Source: Candidatus Falkowbacteria bacterium RIFCSPLOWO2_02_FULL_45_15 (GTDB lineage Bacteria > Patescibacteriota > Patescibacteriia > Patescibacteriales > XYC2-FULL-47-12). From it: DNA of 33,517 nt. Where the stretch lies: NCBI GenBank assembly GCA_001777995.1, contig MFFV01000027.1:26419-59935 (forward strand), in the 5' to 3' direction. The notes beneath the pieces are model-generated. The model made no database searches. It saw only the letters and a list, made by a program, of their open reading frames with translations, and was not told where the DNA came from. Below are positions 32,447-33,517 of this stretch, in pieces. Every line of letters starts with the position of its first letter. The stretch's first letter is position 1. The position numbers and the translations under genes are program-made.

Positions 32447-33451
32447 TTATTGTCGTTTACTTTGTAAAGATGCTAAAGTTTTATCTAAACCTTCAGCTAA
32501 GCTGACTTGCGGCTCGTCTTTCAGCATTTTTTTCATAAAACTAACGTCCGGCGTGCGGTATTTTATTTCTCCTTTGTTTCTCGCGGGTTGAAATAATATT
32601 TTAACTTTGGGGAATTTTTTCTTTACTGCGTTAGCCAAATCAATTATCCGCATTGAGTGCCCGGAGCCGATATTCATCGGCCGGCCGTTCACTTTGTCGT
32701 TGCAGAATGATTTTAAAGTTAATCTGATATTATCATCGGCATAAACAAAATCTCTCGTCTGCCCCCCGTCGCCATAAATTAGTAAGGGTTTGCCAGCTAA
32801 GCCGTTGCGCAGAAATATGGAAACGACAAAGCCGGAATCGCCAAAATCCTGCCTCGGCCCGTAGACATTAAAAAACCGAACAATCGTTACCGGTATGCCG
32901 TAAGTTTCGTAATATGCCTGGAAATACTGTTCGCCTAATATTTTAACCAAACTATAAGGCCATCGGCCGTTAAAAGTATCGTCTTCCGCTATCGGCAATT
33001 TAACCGGCTCGCCGTAAACCTCCGAAGATGAGGTAAACAGTATTTTTTTAACTTGATATTGTTTTGAGCATCCGGCAATATTTTTAATCCCTTCTATATC
33101 CTCAAAGACCGCGAGCGGATTATTGGCCGTCCTCTTGACGCCTACCATCGCCGCGTAGTGCATCACGTAATCCGGCCGCTCTCGCTTAAAAACCGGCTTA
33201 AGCTGTTTAATATCATTAACATTTTTTTTATAAAATTTAAACTGGCGATTGCTTTTTAAATGAGTAATATTGGCTAATTTGCCGTTGGATAAATCGTCAA
33301 CGCAAATTACCGAGGCGCCTTGATTAACCAACGCATCGCACATATGAGAGCCTAAAAATCCGGCGCCGCCGGTAACTAAAAATTTTTTATTTAAAATTTT
33401 TAAAGACCCGTTGTTAAATGCGCCTTTATTTTTCTTTTTCTGCATAAACAT
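32447..33451 (-). CDS. Extended-SDR nucleotide-sugar epimerase/dehydratase/decarboxylase (UXS / GalE / ArnA-C-like)
   Basis: 334-aa ORF with LVTGGAGFLGSHMCDAL, VDDLSNGKLANI, SSSEVYGEP, YxxxK in PYSLVKILGE, RFFNVYGPR, YGDGGQTRDFVYADD and the C-terminal R.PD....L...P..L.EGL pattern. The exact reaction cannot be told from sequence. Confidence 0.85.
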   Translation of the reverse strand: MFMQKKKNKGAFNNGSLKILNKKFLVTGGAGFLGSHMCDALVNQGASVICVDDLSNGKLANITHLKSNRQFKFYKKNVNDIKQLKPVFKRERPDYVMHYAAMVGVKRTANNPLAVFEDIEGIKNIAGCSKQYQVKKILFTSSSEVYGEPVKLPIAEDDTFNGRWPYSLVKILGEQYFQAYYETYGIPVTIVRFFNVYGPRQDFGDSGFVVSIFLRNGLAGKPLLIYGDGGQTRDFVYADDNIRLTLKSFCNDKVNGRPMNIGSGHSMRIIDLANAVKKKFPKVKILFQPARNKGEIKYRTPDVSFMKKMLKDEPQVSLAEGLDKTLASLQSKRQ

Positions 33452-33517
33452 TATTGTTTAAAATGGATAATATTTTTTTTATAAATTCCGGCAAACTGTG
33501 CTTTTGCACTACTATCT

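Noticed and set aside
33451-33517. Possible 3' end of a further minus-strand gene at the window edge
   Set aside because: Two frames are open over these 67 nt. One ends in TAA overlapping the SDR start as TAATG (...AQFAGIYKKNIIHFKQ*). The other reads IVVQKHSLPEFIKKILSILNNNV... and stops about 25 nt inside the SDR gene. About 22 codons is too little to choose a frame or name a product.
1-33517. Alternative genetic code (UGA recoding, as in some candidate phyla), CRISPR arrays, IS elements, integrases or prophage/defence genes
   Set aside because: TGA terminates several genes exactly at family-typical lengths (for example 403-405, 7019-7021, 18247-18249), so code 11 fits. No spaced direct repeats, terminal inverted repeats, transposase or recombinase motifs, or nuclease/ATPase defence-type ORFs were seen.

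Overview
Homology calls come from motifs recognised by eye, with no database search. The window is a tightly packed glycan biosynthesis and decoration island, roughly 98% coding by my coordinates. It holds two convergent gene arrays. The plus-strand array covers 1-9646 (8 genes) and the minus-strand array covers 9658-33451 (22 genes, plus an unresolved stub at the 3' edge). Their stop codons are only 11 bp apart. I support 30 CDSs: 5 GT2 glycosyltransferases of the polyprenyl-phosphate-sugar synthase type; 5 polytopic membrane proteins of about 560-634 aa (2 recognisable as ArnT/PMT_2-type GT-C enzymes, 3 an unassigned related-looking group); 2 GT4 enzymes; 3 DegT-family aminotransferases; 6 SAM methyltransferases (one C-methyltransferase, one TylF-type); a fused glucose-1-phosphate cytidylyltransferase / CDP-glucose 4,6-dehydratase; 2 further extended-SDR enzymes; an FdtA-type 3,4-ketoisomerase; a formyltransferase fragment; a UGM/amine-oxidase-like flavoprotein; a YdjC-family deacetylase; an AsnB-family amidotransferase; and an HD-domain protein. 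I found no rRNA, tRNA, CRISPR array, transposase, integrase or defence gene. Standard genetic code applies, since TGA terminates genes at the expected lengths. Most genes abut or overlap (ATGA and 8-nt overlaps), and start codons lack Shine-Dalgarno-like purine tracts. The main hunt result is system-level. The locus lacks every hallmark of a Wzx/Wzy or ABC O-antigen/capsule pathway. It instead repeats a GT2 plus large membrane protein module, including an Arn-like unit in which a YdjC-fold enzyme sits where ArnD would be. This suggests extracytoplasmic decoration from several lipid-phosphate-linked, modified sugars (aminated, N-formylated, C/O/N-methylated, possibly amidated). Smaller observations are a 7-bp tandem repeat inside the asnB-family gene, a 30-bp perfect palindrome in an intergenic gap, and a terminator-like hairpin. 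The organism cannot be named from sequence alone. The gene content, moderate GC and SD-less starts would fit an uncultivated lineage such as CPR/Patescibacteria, but that is only a guess.
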